DNA of 64,000 nt from Armatimonadota bacterium. GTDB taxonomy: Bacteria > Armatimonadota > UBA5829 > DSUL01. Where the stretch lies: contig JBDHZC010000003.1 of assembly GCA_039811685.1 (NCBI GenBank), forward strand, positions 293,514 to 357,513. The letters are read 5' to 3'. The notes under the pieces are model-generated. The model worked only from the letters and a program-made list of their open reading frames with translations. It did not search any database and was not told where the DNA came from. The translations under genes were made by a program, and so were the position numbers. Of the stretch, positions 1 through 9,747 are shown piece by piece; within the stretch, counting starts at the first letter, position 1; every line of letters begins with the position of its first letter.

Positions 1-2
1 GC

Positions 3-80
3 CGCAACGACCCGTGCCCTTGCGGCAGCGGGAAGAAGTACAAGCACTGTCATCTGTTGAGCGACTTGGGACAAAGCTGA
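3..80 (+). CDS. 3' end of a SEC-C motif protein (probably the C-terminus of SecA), truncated by the window edge
   Basis: Frame 3 reads RNDPCPCGSGKKYKHCHLLSDLGQS*, a canonical SEC-C zinc-binding motif, ending in TGA at 78-80. Not in the ORF track. Confidence 0.8.
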   Translation, partial: RNDPCPCGSGKKYKHCHLLSDLGQS

Positions 81-305
81 TTCGCACAGTCGTCGATCTT
101 GCTCGCACCTTGCAGACGGCGCGTGCGCGGTCGGCGCTGTCTCTTCACTGAATCAGCCATCTCTGTTTTTGTCTGGTTAGCCCCGTCTGGCGCTCTGCGT
201 CCGGTTTTTTCCCCCGGCCTCAGCAGGACACACCGGACAACTGCTGGAACCTCAGGGTGCAAGGCAAGCCTTTGCAGGAAAGGGAATGCTGTGCCCTCTG
301 AGACG

Positions 306-1349
306 ATGACTTCACGAGAGCGGTGGCTGGCGGTGCTGAAGCGTGAAAAGCCAGACCGTCTTCCAATGGACTACTGGGCGACCGGAGAGGCGACCAAAAA
401 GCTTCTGGATTATCTGGATTGCGACTTCGCGACAATGCTGCAGCGTCTGCACATTGATCTTCCTGTGTCCGCGGATGGTGTGTATGTTGGACCGCCCATA
501 GAGGAAGGCTCGGACATGTATGGCCAGCGGTGGCAGACAGTGGAGTATGACTCGGGTATCTACTGGGAGCCAACCGGGGACCCGCCGCTGGCAAAGTATA
601 ACTCTGCGGAAGAAATTGATGAAAACTATAACTGGCCTTCGGTTGATCTCTTCGATTTCTCACACTTGCCCGAAGTTGTTCGAGAAAATGAGCACAGGCC
701 CGTACGCGGCGGAGGCAGCGAGCCGTTTCTGCGCTACAAGCTTCTGAGGGGTGAGGAGCAAGCCTTTGTTGACCTTATCGAGAATCCCGAAATTGTCGAG
801 TACTGCCTCGAGAAACTTTTTGCGTTTTCTTATGAGAGTACGCTGCGAATTTTTGAGACCATCCCCGGTCAAGTTATGATTACCTACGTCGCGGAGGATC
901 TGGGTGGGCAGAGCAGGCTCCTCTATTCACCGCAGCACATTCATCGCTTTCTGCTGCCTGGTATGCGGCGCATGGTAGAGCTCACGAAGCAACACGGCTC
1001 TTACGTTTTTCATCATACTGATGGCGCGGCTCGAGAGATTCTTCCGGACCTTATTGACATTGGTATCGAGATTCTCAACCCGATTCAGTGGCGCTGCGCA
1101 GGGATGGATAGAGAAGGGCTGAAGCGGGATTTTGGAGACAGACTGATCTTTCACGGGGCGATGGACAACCAGCAGACCCTGCCGTTTGGAAGTGTTGAGG
1201 ACGTTCGCCAGGAAGTGCGGGACAACATCCGGATTCTGGGAGACGGCGGCGGTTACATCCTTGCTCCGTGTCACAACATTCAGGCCGTGGGGCCACCGGA
1301 AAATGTTGTCGCTATGTACGAAGAAGGCTACAGCTCTGGCTGGCAATAG
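306..1349 (+). CDS. Uroporphyrinogen decarboxylase / MtaA-CmuA methyltransferase family protein
   Basis: N-terminal MTSRER..L.REKPDRLP, EDLG, FHHTDG, LNPIQ, GGGYILAPCHNIQ motifs. Start moved from 99 to ATG 306 (GTG 291 also possible). Confidence 0.85.
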   Translation: MTSRERWLAVLKREKPDRLPMDYWATGEATKKLLDYLDCDFATMLQRLHIDLPVSADGVYVGPPIEEGSDMYGQRWQTVEYDSGIYWEPTGDPPLAKYNSAEEIDENYNWPSVDLFDFSHLPEVVRENEHRPVRGGGSEPFLRYKLLRGEEQAFVDLIENPEIVEYCLEKLFAFSYESTLRIFETIPGQVMITYVAEDLGGQSRLLYSPQHIHRFLLPGMRRMVELTKQHGSYVFHHTDGAAREILPDLIDIGIEILNPIQWRCAGMDREGLKRDFGDRLIFHGAMDNQQTLPFGSVEDVRQEVRDNIRILGDGGGYILAPCHNIQAVGPPENVVAMYEEGYSSGWQ

Positions 1350-1442
1350 CCGCTGAGGCGCCCGGCTCTGCTCACATCTGGCGTAGCCACACTCAGGGTA
1401 TACTCAACTAACCTCACGGAAAGAATGGGACGAGGCGAGATA

Positions 1443-2216
1443 ATGATGTATCTGAGCTATGCTGTCCTCGCGGTTGCCACTGCCGCTTTGACCGTATTGC
1501 CAGGCACGATGCGAGCGGCAGGGCGAAACGTGGATTATGAATTGTCTGGTGTGCGGCTGGAAGGCTATCTTGCGCGGCCCGAGCCAGCAAACGGAAAAGC
1601 GCCAGCAGTTGTCATCTTTCACGACTGGAACGGCATTGACAACTATGAAAAGTCGCGCGCTGACATGCTCGCGAAGCTGGGCTACGTCGCGTTCGCTGCG
1701 GACATCTACGGCAAGGGTGTGCGCCCGAAGGATGCGCAGCAGTCCAGCCAGGAGGCCTCTCGCTTCTACCGGGACGCCGATTTGCTTCGCAGCCGGGCGC
1801 GGGCAGGACTTGACTATGCGAAAGCGCTTTCCGGTGTGGACCCCGCCCGCGTTGCGGTGATCGGTTACTGTTTTGGTGGATACGCGGCGCTTGAACTGGC
1901 TCGCAGTGGGGCGGACTTCCCGGCTCTGGTCAGCTTTCACGGAGGTCTGGACGCAAGCGCACCCGCCAGGGAAGGCCAGATCAAGCCAGAGTTGCTGATT
2001 CTTCATGGCGGCGCGGATCAGGCCGTCACTCCCGACAAAGTGGCGCAGTTCGTGAAGGAGATGATTGGCGCTGGCGCGCGCTTCGAGCTGGTGGTCTATC
2101 CCGGCGCTCCGCATGCCTTCACTGTGCCTGGCTCCGCTTACCGTGAGCATGCGGACAGAGCCAGTTGGAGCCAGATGCAGGAGTTTCTCAAGAGGACACT
2201 TCACTCTTCCCGCTGA
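1443..2216 (+). CDS. Dienelactone hydrolase family protein with signal peptide
   Basis: GYCFGG nucleophile elbow, HDWNG, SFHG, LHGGAD, HAF motifs and a hydrophobic N-terminus. Start refined to ATG 1443 after GAGG. Confidence 0.9.
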   Translation: MMYLSYAVLAVATAALTVLPGTMRAAGRNVDYELSGVRLEGYLARPEPANGKAPAVVIFHDWNGIDNYEKSRADMLAKLGYVAFAADIYGKGVRPKDAQQSSQEASRFYRDADLLRSRARAGLDYAKALSGVDPARVAVIGYCFGGYAALELARSGADFPALVSFHGGLDASAPAREGQIKPELLILHGGADQAVTPDKVAQFVKEMIGAGARFELVVYPGAPHAFTVPGSAYREHADRASWSQMQEFLKRTLHSSR

Positions 2217-2398
2217 ACCGGGCGCAGCCGGAAGCTCGGTGGCGTCCGCAGCCTCCTGACCCAAGAGCTCTCATACTGAGGTTTTGCGGTTGGCGATGGC
2301 TGAGGCTTTTCTGAGGTCAGCTCACGAAATACGAGACAGACAGGAATCTGACAGGCAGTGGCGTAAGTAAGGCGTCAATACTCACGAGGGCTGCGGTT

Positions 2399-3874
2399 AT
2401 GCGACGTTCGCTGTTTCTTTTTCTCTGTGTTCTGATTTGCACATGGTCCGCAAGTGCAGCTACCGCACAGGGCTACGGCAATCCGCTCGATGGTCTGGCA
2501 AAGCTGAAAGACTTTGAAGCAGCCCGATCGTCGAGCTCTGACGCCGATTTACAGGGAAATGCCGATGCGCGGCCTATTGAGCCTGGAGCTACGCTCACAA
2601 TAGCCGACTTGCAGGGTCCGGGTCAGATTGTGCACATCTGGTGCACGATCTCCGCGCGTGACAAATGGTATCCGCGAACTCTCGTCTTGCGAACGTACTG
2701 GGACGGAGAGAAAGACCCGAGTGTCGAGTCGCCGCTCGGAGATTTTTTTGCAGTGGGGCACGGGTTGGACGTCCCTGTCAACTCCTTGCCTGTCAGGGTC
2801 ACCAGCGAGGGACGCGCCCGGCACTGCTACTGGCCGATGCCTTTTCGAAAATCCGCCCGCATCACTGTCACCAACGAAGGCAAGGGTCGCGTTGACGCTT
2901 TCTACTACTACGTGGACTGGCAAAAGCACAAGTCGCTCCCAAAAAACACAGCTTATTTTCACGCGCAGTATCGGCAGGAGTTTCCTCCTGTCTCTGGCCA
3001 CAATTATCTGATCCTCGATGCGATCGGGCAGGGGCACTACGTCGGCACTGTTCAGTCCGTTCGCCTGAATGAGCCGGGGTGGTATGGCGAAGGAGACGAC
3101 TTTTTCTTCGTAGATGGCGCAACTGATCCACAACTCAAGGGCACCGGCACTGAAGACTACTTCGGCGATGCGTGGGGGTTTCGGAAACTGGACGGGCCTT
3201 ATTACGGGGTGCCCGTGATGCAGGGCTATGACACGGGCGATCTGGTTACAGCCTACCGGTGGCACATCCCCGATCCGATTCCGTTCAAGAGATCTTTGCG
3301 CGTCGAGATAGAACACAAAGGCTCGCGCAACAACGTCGGCGGATATGTTGAGCGCGCAGACGACTTCGCCACTGTCGCTTTCTGGTATCAGATTGAGCCT
3401 CACAAGAAATTCGCGCCGCTGCCGCCGGCTGCGAAACGGCTGCTCTTCGAAGGCGCAACGGTAGTGGAGATGGAAAAGCTCGTGGCCTCGGCTTCGACAG
3501 ACGCTGCTGCGCACAGCGTGCAGGTGCAGGCTGGAGTCGGCTCAGGTGAGGGTCAACTTTTCTTTACACCTGGACAGCCGGACAAGTCCGTAACGGTGCT
3601 CCTGCCTCCTGTCGCGCCCGGGGCTTATGAAGTGCGTCTGACGGCCACAACATCGTTCGACTATGGCATCTACCAGACGGCCATTGACGCCCGGCCCACT
3701 GGACCGCCGCTCGATCTGTTCAGTGAAACCATCTCTCACCGCGATCTGAGCCTGGGACGCTTTGAGATGGGCAGTGGTCAGCACAAAATGACATTTACAA
3801 ACAAAGGCAGGAACGCGGCCAGCAAAGGCTACTATCTGGGACTCGACACTCTGATTTTGCGACCGATAAAGTGA
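2399..3874 (+). CDS. Secreted DUF2961 / GH172-family glycoside hydrolase with a C-terminal beta domain
   Basis: Signal peptide, then [57 protein letters not shown]. Confidence 0.88.
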   Translation: MRRSLFLFLCVLICTWSASAATAQGYGNPLDGLAKLKDFEAARSSSSDADLQGNADARPIEPGATLTIADLQGPGQIVHIWCTISARDKWYPRTLVLRTYWDGEKDPSVESPLGDFFAVGHGLDVPVNSLPVRVTSEGRARHCYWPMPFRKSARITVTNEGKGRVDAFYYYVDWQKHKSLPKNTAYFHAQYRQEFPPVSGHNYLILDAIGQGHYVGTVQSVRLNEPGWYGEGDDFFFVDGATDPQLKGTGTEDYFGDAWGFRKLDGPYYGVPVMQGYDTGDLVTAYRWHIPDPIPFKRSLRVEIEHKGSRNNVGGYVERADDFATVAFWYQIEPHKKFAPLPPAAKRLLFEGATVVEMEKLVASASTDAAAHSVQVQAGVGSGEGQLFFTPGQPDKSVTVLLPPVAPGAYEVRLTATTSFDYGIYQTAIDARPTGPPLDLFSETISHRDLSLGRFEMGSGQHKMTFTNKGRNAASKGYYLGLDTLILRPIK

Positions 3875-3890
3875 CAGTTTCCCGGAAGAT

Positions 3891-4799
3891 GTGATGTTGA
3901 GCGATCGAGAACGGCTCTACGCTTTACTTGGTGATCTTCCCAATCGAGATGCGCCCCTCGATGTTGAGCTTGTCGCGGAGCGAGACCCGGGCGGCGCTTA
4001 TCTGCTGGAAGTCCTCACTCTCCATCTGAACGGTCTGGAGCCTGTGCCGGCCCTTTTCTGCCAGTCAAAGATTGCCACTTCTCCCGCACCGTGCGTCATC
4101 TATAATCACGCGCACGGCGGTGAGCATGAGATAGGCAAGCTGGAGCTGACAGACCGTCGGCGCGCCATTCAGAATCCGCCCTACGCCGAAGCGCTGGCCG
4201 CCCAGGGCTACCACAGCCTTTCCATTGACGCCTGGAACTTTGGGGAGCGTCGCGGACGCACAGAGAGTTCACTTTTCAAAGAGATGCTGTGGAACGGGCA
4301 GGTGCTCTGGGGGATGATGGTTTTCGACACCCTTCGCGCCACCGACTACGCCTGTACTCGGACGGACGTGGATTGCTCTCGGATTGCTTCAATGGGCTTG
4401 AGCATGGGCTCGACGATGGCCTGGTGGCACGCTGCGCTGGATGAGCGTGTGAAAGTCTGCGTGGACTTGTGTTGCCTTACGGATTTTCAGGAACTTATCC
4501 GTACTAGAGGGCTGGATCTTCATGGCATCTATTACTATGTGCCCGGTCTGCTCAAGCAGGGCTTTGACACGGTCGCAATCAACGCCCTTATCGCTCCCAG
4601 AGCGCATCTTTCGCTTGCCGGAGATTATGACAGCCTCACTCCTGTGCGCGGTCTGGATCGGATAGACACTGCTTTGCGTGAAGTGTATATCCGCTCTGGA
4701 GCGCCGGAGAACTGGAAACTCAAACGCTATCCGTGTGGTCATCTGGAGACCGCGCACATGCGCAAAGCGGTTTTGTCTTGGCTTGCGGGAAAGCTCTGA
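3891..4799 (+). CDS. Alpha/beta hydrolase (acetyl-xylan-esterase / dienelactone-hydrolase-like)
   Basis: GLSMG (GxSxG), HAHGG, LIAPRA, GDYD and C-terminal GH, which fit a Ser-Asp-His triad. Confidence 0.8.
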   Translation: MMLSDRERLYALLGDLPNRDAPLDVELVAERDPGGAYLLEVLTLHLNGLEPVPALFCQSKIATSPAPCVIYNHAHGGEHEIGKLELTDRRRAIQNPPYAEALAAQGYHSLSIDAWNFGERRGRTESSLFKEMLWNGQVLWGMMVFDTLRATDYACTRTDVDCSRIASMGLSMGSTMAWWHAALDERVKVCVDLCCLTDFQELIRTRGLDLHGIYYYVPGLLKQGFDTVAINALIAPRAHLSLAGDYDSLTPVRGLDRIDTALREVYIRSGAPENWKLKRYPCGHLETAHMRKAVLSWLAGKL

Positions 4800-4971
4800 T
4801 GGGTATAACCTCACAGACACTGTTTTCGGGCAGGCATGGATGCTTTACGATGTCCGGAGCCTGCGTACTGCAGCAATAGGGACTGTGGAACAAAGCAAAT
4901 ACCCGGGGCAGACCGCCGTCTTCGTGTGTGGAAGTCAGGTGCGGCGGCGCCCTCAAAGCTGGAAGGAAAAA

Positions 4972-6117
4972 ATGATAGTAGGACAGACAAGAACGACACG
5001 CTTGACAGTTTGTTTGGCAGTTGTCACGACGCTGATCTCGGCCGTTGGAGCTTCTGCCAGAGACACGTACGACGTCAATCTACCCGCAGGCACGGTGATC
5101 CCTGTAGTTCTGGATCAAGAACTCGGCTCCGGCTCTTCTCACAAAGGGCAACAGTTCTCTGCGACTGTCAAGACTGACGGTGAGTCAACATACAGCGGGC
5201 TCCCGGAAGGAACCCAGGTTCAAGGCCATGTGACAGTTGCGCAGCCAAAGGAAGGCGACAATCCCGGAGTGCTGGATCTCTCCTTCGATGACATCCGTTT
5301 TCCAGACGGTTCCACTTATCGTGTTGACGGCAGCCTTTATTCCCTGGACGCCAAGAGCGTCAAGCGCGACGAAAACGGACGGTTGGTTGCAAAAACCAGC
5401 GGCAAGAAGAGCAAAATGACTTACGTTGGCTACGGAGCAGGGGCTGGCCTGCTAATGGCGCTTTTGTCCAACCACTCTACTTCAAAAGTCCTGCAGGACG
5501 TCATTATTGGCGCCGGTCTGGGCTATCTGGCAGCGGGACTGGATAAGAGCGACCGCAAGCCCCACGACGTGAAGCTGGACTCAGGGTCCGAGTTCGGAGT
5601 CAGACTGGAAAGCCGCTTCGCGACAAACACTGTCAGCGGGCATTCACCAGGCCGATCTGCCAGTCACGCCTCGCAGTCCACAACGGTGACGCAGGCTGTC
5701 TATCAACGGGAAGATAGTACGCCAGTAGTGATGATCGGGGATCAGGCCGTCGAGTTTGGATCTCAGAAGCCTGTCGTCAACAAGGGCGTAATGATGGTGC
5801 CGGTCGCCGATGTGTTGCGCGCTGCTGATGTGCCCTTTGCTTACATGAGTGGCAAAAGCGGGATTGTCACGCGCGGTGACTCCGGGCGGGCGCAGCTCAA
5901 AGTTGGCAGTAGGGTCGTGATACTGGACGGCGGAAAGCGCGTTCGGCTCGATGCGCCGGCACAGAAGATGGCAGGCGAACTCTACGTGCCGCTGCGTTTC
6001 CTGGAAGTGGTAACAAATAGAAAGCTGATATGGGATGCGGCCACCAAGACCGCTATCCTGGAAGACGCCTCTGACTCGGAGTCAAACTCAGGCCAGCCTT
6101 CGCCGTCATCCACGTGA
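4972..6117 (+). CDS. Secreted protein with a TrbI/VirB10-like beta domain, Gly-rich helical hairpin and C-terminal copper amine oxidase N-terminal ('stalk') domain
   Basis: ATG after GGAAGGA; signal peptide ending ASA; LPAGTVIPVVLDQEL..S...GQQFSATV, LPEGTQVQGHV, L.LSFDDIRFPDG; C-terminal MVPV and LYVPLRFLE...LIWDAATKT. Confidence 0.65.
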   Translation: MIVGQTRTTRLTVCLAVVTTLISAVGASARDTYDVNLPAGTVIPVVLDQELGSGSSHKGQQFSATVKTDGESTYSGLPEGTQVQGHVTVAQPKEGDNPGVLDLSFDDIRFPDGSTYRVDGSLYSLDAKSVKRDENGRLVAKTSGKKSKMTYVGYGAGAGLLMALLSNHSTSKVLQDVIIGAGLGYLAAGLDKSDRKPHDVKLDSGSEFGVRLESRFATNTVSGHSPGRSASHASQSTTVTQAVYQREDSTPVVMIGDQAVEFGSQKPVVNKGVMMVPVADVLRAADVPFAYMSGKSGIVTRGDSGRAQLKVGSRVVILDGGKRVRLDAPAQKMAGELYVPLRFLEVVTNRKLIWDAATKTAILEDASDSESNSGQPSPSST

Positions 6118-6150
6118 GGGCCTGGATACAACGCGTCATTAGCTGAGTTC

Positions 6151-6186
6151 ACGCAGAGGATGTCCAGTGTGTGGCGTCCTCTGCGT
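6151..6186 (+). terminator. Stem-loop downstream of the secreted protein gene, possible terminator
   Basis: ACGCAGAGGA (6151-6160) pairs perfectly with TCCTCTGCGT (6177-6186) and the stem can extend inward. The U-tract is weak (CTGTATT). Confidence 0.4.
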
Positions 6187-6418
6187 CTGTATTGCTACTC
6201 GCGCAGTCCCTGCCTGCGCTTGTCGGCCTCGTGACCGGAATCAACTGGCATTGCACGCGCGTTGCCGTGTCGGGTCCACTTAGCCCCGCTTTTTGGACAA
6301 ATCAGGTATCATTACGGCGTGCAGGCAGATATCCATATCCCGATTGCGCTTCCAGATAAATGCGTTCGCATACGGACTCAACTGGATGGCGCGCAGGAGC
6401 CACATCAGACAAGCGACT

Positions 6419-7924
6419 ATGTTTGATTTCCAGCCCGGGCTTGTGTTGCCGCAGATCTACCTCGTGTTATTCGGAGTTCTGGCACTGATCGTGGGACTGG
6501 CCAGCGCGCCTGACGGATGGCTGTGGCACTCCCTCACTCCCGCGGCCATGGCGATTGTCGGGCTGCTTCTTGCTATTGAAGCACAGGGCGCGCTTCTGTT
6601 TGTTGTTCTCCCGAAAGCCCGGACAATGGCGGTAAGCCAGTTTGGGGGCGCCCTGTCTATCGACGCAGCCGGCGCGATGTTTGGGCTGGTGGCGCTACTG
6701 TCAGTCCTGTGGGCTGCGGTTATGTCTCTCGCCGAACTGCAGAACCGTTTCAAAGGGCAGGGACTGTTCTACTGTCTGCTCCTCATTGTGGCAGCTTCCG
6801 CAGTAACCGCACCGTACGCATCAAGCCTTGCTGGCATCTTCCTGTGCGTTACCGCCGTCACATTGACAAGCGCCGCTCTCTTGTCGGTGCGCGTATCAGG
6901 CAATCCGCATCCTCCTCTGCCCTTTGCGCTGCTCTTGTCCGCGATAACTCTGATCGCAGCGCTTGGTGTGGCGGTTACGGTGACTGACCGGGTGATGGTC
7001 AGCTCCAACATGGCGGACATCGGCGTGCGTCTTCAGCTTGGAAGCTATGAAGCTGGTCCGGTCTTTCGGGCGCTGGTTCTCATTGTGTCGTGTATCGCTC
7101 TGGGTGGACCGTTGTGGCTGCTATTGCCGGGATCCGTCGCGGCGGCGCGACGGACGCAACTCTCAGCTCTTCCGGCGCTGTTCATCGCGGCGCCCGCGGC
7201 TGGAATCGGAATGCTCCTTCGTCTGTTCTCTATGGCGCCTCAGAGCGGAGTGATCTCCATCCGGTTTCTTGTTGCGCTGAGTCTGGGAGGGGTGGCAGTT
7301 GGCTTGTGGCTGGCTTTTCGGGCAAAAACTCTGCGGAGCGTGGTCACAGGACACGCACTGGTGTTGGGGGCGATGTCTCTGGCTGGTATCGCAGCCTTTG
7401 CGTCAAATCCACGCGTTGTCAGTGCGCTGGCAATTCGTGTGCAACTGATGCATCTGACTGCGGTCTGCATCGGTCTGGCCGCGGCTATCACGGTCGTGGT
7501 AGTTGCGGAAAGGTTTTCGGGGTCCAGCGCCTTTGAAACGGTAACAGGCTTCACCGGGCGCGTAGGCAGCGTGGCGCTTGGGCTGGTCATCGGACTGCTG
7601 ACGCTGGCGGGCCTGCCTCCTACAGTTGGCCTGCCCGGGCGCTTCGAGCTTGTTACCTTCTCTCTGTCCAGCGCAACGCCAGCCGGGCGCTTGATGGCGT
7701 GGACTATTGTGGCGGCCAGTGTGATCTGCTTGTATTATCTCTTTAGAGTTGCGCGACTAGTCTTTTCCCATGACTCCCCTGATACGATCAACCACAAGCC
7801 TCATCCCGCCGCTGTCAGTCTTCTCTGGATCAGCGTTGCAATCCCGGTATTGTTGTTTGCGCTCAATGGCCCACTTGGTCGCTTTCTTACCCACCACTCG
7901 TGGATGTACTACCGGCTCCGCTAG
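6419..7924 (+). CDS. Divergent NuoN/MrpD-like proton-conducting membrane subunit (orphan)
   Basis: Polytopic membrane protein with NuoN-like segments (LVLPQIYL, FGGALSID, LLTLAGLPPTVG, SVICLYYLFRV). Start refined to ATG 6419. Confidence 0.7.
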   Translation: MFDFQPGLVLPQIYLVLFGVLALIVGLASAPDGWLWHSLTPAAMAIVGLLLAIEAQGALLFVVLPKARTMAVSQFGGALSIDAAGAMFGLVALLSVLWAAVMSLAELQNRFKGQGLFYCLLLIVAASAVTAPYASSLAGIFLCVTAVTLTSAALLSVRVSGNPHPPLPFALLLSAITLIAALGVAVTVTDRVMVSSNMADIGVRLQLGSYEAGPVFRALVLIVSCIALGGPLWLLLPGSVAAARRTQLSALPALFIAAPAAGIGMLLRLFSMAPQSGVISIRFLVALSLGGVAVGLWLAFRAKTLRSVVTGHALVLGAMSLAGIAAFASNPRVVSALAIRVQLMHLTAVCIGLAAAITVVVVAERFSGSSAFETVTGFTGRVGSVALGLVIGLLTLAGLPPTVGLPGRFELVTFSLSSATPAGRLMAWTIVAASVICLYYLFRVARLVFSHDSPDTINHKPHPAAVSLLWISVAIPVLLFALNGPLGRFLTHHSWMYYRLR

Positions 7925-7945
7925 GAGACCGCTGGATCGTCCGCT

Positions 7946-8743
7946 GTGAAGAGCGCTGCGCCCAAACCTGCGTCCCTTGGCTATCTCACTCCCGGAGATG
8001 ACCCGGATCCAACTGGTTTTGAGCGCGCTCAGCAGTTTTACCAACCCGGTGAAAAGCCTCGATTTGTTCAGGGTGTGTTTGACCGTATTGCGGGGCGCTA
8101 TGATCTGCTGAACTCTGTTACGAGTCTGGGAATGCACCACCTGTGGCGCGCGCGGACTGTGAGCCTGGCCAATCTTCGTCCTGGGGATACGGCGTTGGAC
8201 ATTGCGTGCGGCACCGGGGACTTTCTGCCGGGCCTGCGTCGAAGGGTGGGGGCGCACGGACGGGTCATCGGTCTTGATTTCAGCCACAACATGCTGCTCT
8301 TGGCGGCGCAGAAGCTGCGCAGGGGCAGGGTGGAGGCACACCTGATACAGGGGGATGCGGAGCATTTGCCTTTTGAGGCAGAATCCGTTCAGGCGGTGAC
8401 CATCGGATTTGCGCTTCGCAACCTGTCCGATGTCGGGGCATGCTTGCGTGAAATACACCGCGTTCTGACGCCTGGTGGCAGGCTGCTGGCGCTGGAGATT
8501 GCCCGCCCGCAGTGGTGGCCGTACCGGCCTCTTTTCCTTTTTTACTTCGAAAGAGTCCTGCCGCGTCTTGCGGCGATGTTTGGAGGCGAAAAGAAGGCTT
8601 ACCGGTGGCTGCCCGCATCGCTGGCGGCGTTTTATTCGAGAGACGGGGTGACTGATCTGATGAAGCAGGCAGGTTTCGGCGATGTTCAGACGCACAACTT
8701 CGCTGGCGGCGCGGTCTGCGCGTATGTTGGAGAGAAGCTTTGA
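7946..8743 (+). CDS. ubiE: Demethylmenaquinone methyltransferase (UbiE/MenG)
   Basis: FDRIAGRYDLLN..SLGMHHLWR, LDIACGTGD, GDAEHLPF, IGFALRN motifs. Confidence 0.93.
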   Translation: MKSAAPKPASLGYLTPGDDPDPTGFERAQQFYQPGEKPRFVQGVFDRIAGRYDLLNSVTSLGMHHLWRARTVSLANLRPGDTALDIACGTGDFLPGLRRRVGAHGRVIGLDFSHNMLLLAAQKLRRGRVEAHLIQGDAEHLPFEAESVQAVTIGFALRNLSDVGACLREIHRVLTPGGRLLALEIARPQWWPYRPLFLFYFERVLPRLAAMFGGEKKAYRWLPASLAAFYSRDGVTDLMKQAGFGDVQTHNFAGGAVCAYVGEKL

Positions 8744-9741
8744 GCATTAGCCGATCAACACGGCAAAGCGCTCCGTGGGTGGAGTTCCTTGAAGGGTCTC
8801 TCGCTCAGGTCGAGAGTGTCCTGCACGCCCAGATAGAGTCGCCCATCCGGACGATTAGTTCCGTCTGCGAGCGGTCGTTGAGCAGCGGTGGGAAGCGTTT
8901 CCGCCCGGCGCTTGTTATCCTCGGGGCTCTGGCATCAGATCCGGATGCGGACATCGCGCGGGCGATTCAGCTTGGTTCGGCAATGGAGTTGCTTCACCTG
9001 GCCACTCTGCTGCACGATGACGTCGTTGACAATGCTATGGCGAGGCGGGGCAGTCCCAGCGCAAACGCTCTGTCCGGGAACAAAGTTGCCATACTTGTGG
9101 GAGATTACCTGCTCGCAAAGACGTTCCGGATTCTGGCAGACGACGCGGATCAGTCCGTCATGAACCGTATGTCCACGGTGACTGTTGCGCTTTCTGAAGG
9201 TCAGGTGCTGGAGTTGGTGATGCGCGGCACGCTGGGTGAGCTTGAGTCCCTCTACTGGAAGATGATCGACCGCAAGACCGCAAGGCTGATCTCCGCGTGC
9301 CTTGAAATCGGAGCGATGTCAACTGGAGCCGCTGGCAATATCGTCGAAGCGCTTGGCAGCTTCGGTGAGCGGATGGGATTGGTGTTTCAAATAACCGACG
9401 ATATTCTGGATCTCACAGGCAGTTCAGAAGCTCTCGGGAAGCCTGTCGGGGCTGATCTGCTCGACGGCAAGGTGACGCTGCCGTACATTCTTGCGCTCAA
9501 AGAGGTATCAACGGAAGTCCGCGACAGCCTGCTGAACAAGATATTCGATCGCCAGCTGGGAGCTGACGACATCGCCTATATCACGGATGTCGCTTTCAGA
9601 TCAGGAGTGCCAGACCGCTGCCTGGAGATGGCGCGAGAACAGGTGGAGATAGCTATGCGGCACCTGGGACACATCCCTGTGACTCCGGCACAGAGCATTC
9701 TGGAAGACATAGGTCCGTATCTGTTGCGCCGCTCAGCCTGA
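8740..9741 (+). CDS. Polyprenyl (hepta/octaprenyl) diphosphate synthase
   Basis: GGKRFRP, first Asp-rich motif LLHDDVVD..RRG, KTA, second motif FQITDDILD, GKVTLP. TTGA overlap with ubiE. Confidence 0.92.
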   Translation: MSISRSTRQSAPWVEFLEGSLAQVESVLHAQIESPIRTISSVCERSLSSGGKRFRPALVILGALASDPDADIARAIQLGSAMELLHLATLLHDDVVDNAMARRGSPSANALSGNKVAILVGDYLLAKTFRILADDADQSVMNRMSTVTVALSEGQVLELVMRGTLGELESLYWKMIDRKTARLISACLEIGAMSTGAAGNIVEALGSFGERMGLVFQITDDILDLTGSSEALGKPVGADLLDGKVTLPYILALKEVSTEVRDSLLNKIFDRQLGADDIAYITDVAFRSGVPDRCLEMAREQVEIAMRHLGHIPVTPAQSILEDIGPYLLRRSA

Positions 9742-9747
9742 AAGCCG

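Noticed and set aside
306..1349. hemE assignment
   Set aside because: Lacks the HemE WxMRQAGR motif and fits the broader URO-D/methyltransferase-like family.
2549..3514. 321-aa minus-strand ORF
   Set aside because: Antisense shadow of the GH172 gene with no recognisable motifs. Such shadows are common in GC-rich DNA.
7757..8695. 312-aa minus-strand ORF
   Set aside because: Lies antisense to the clearly real ubiE gene.
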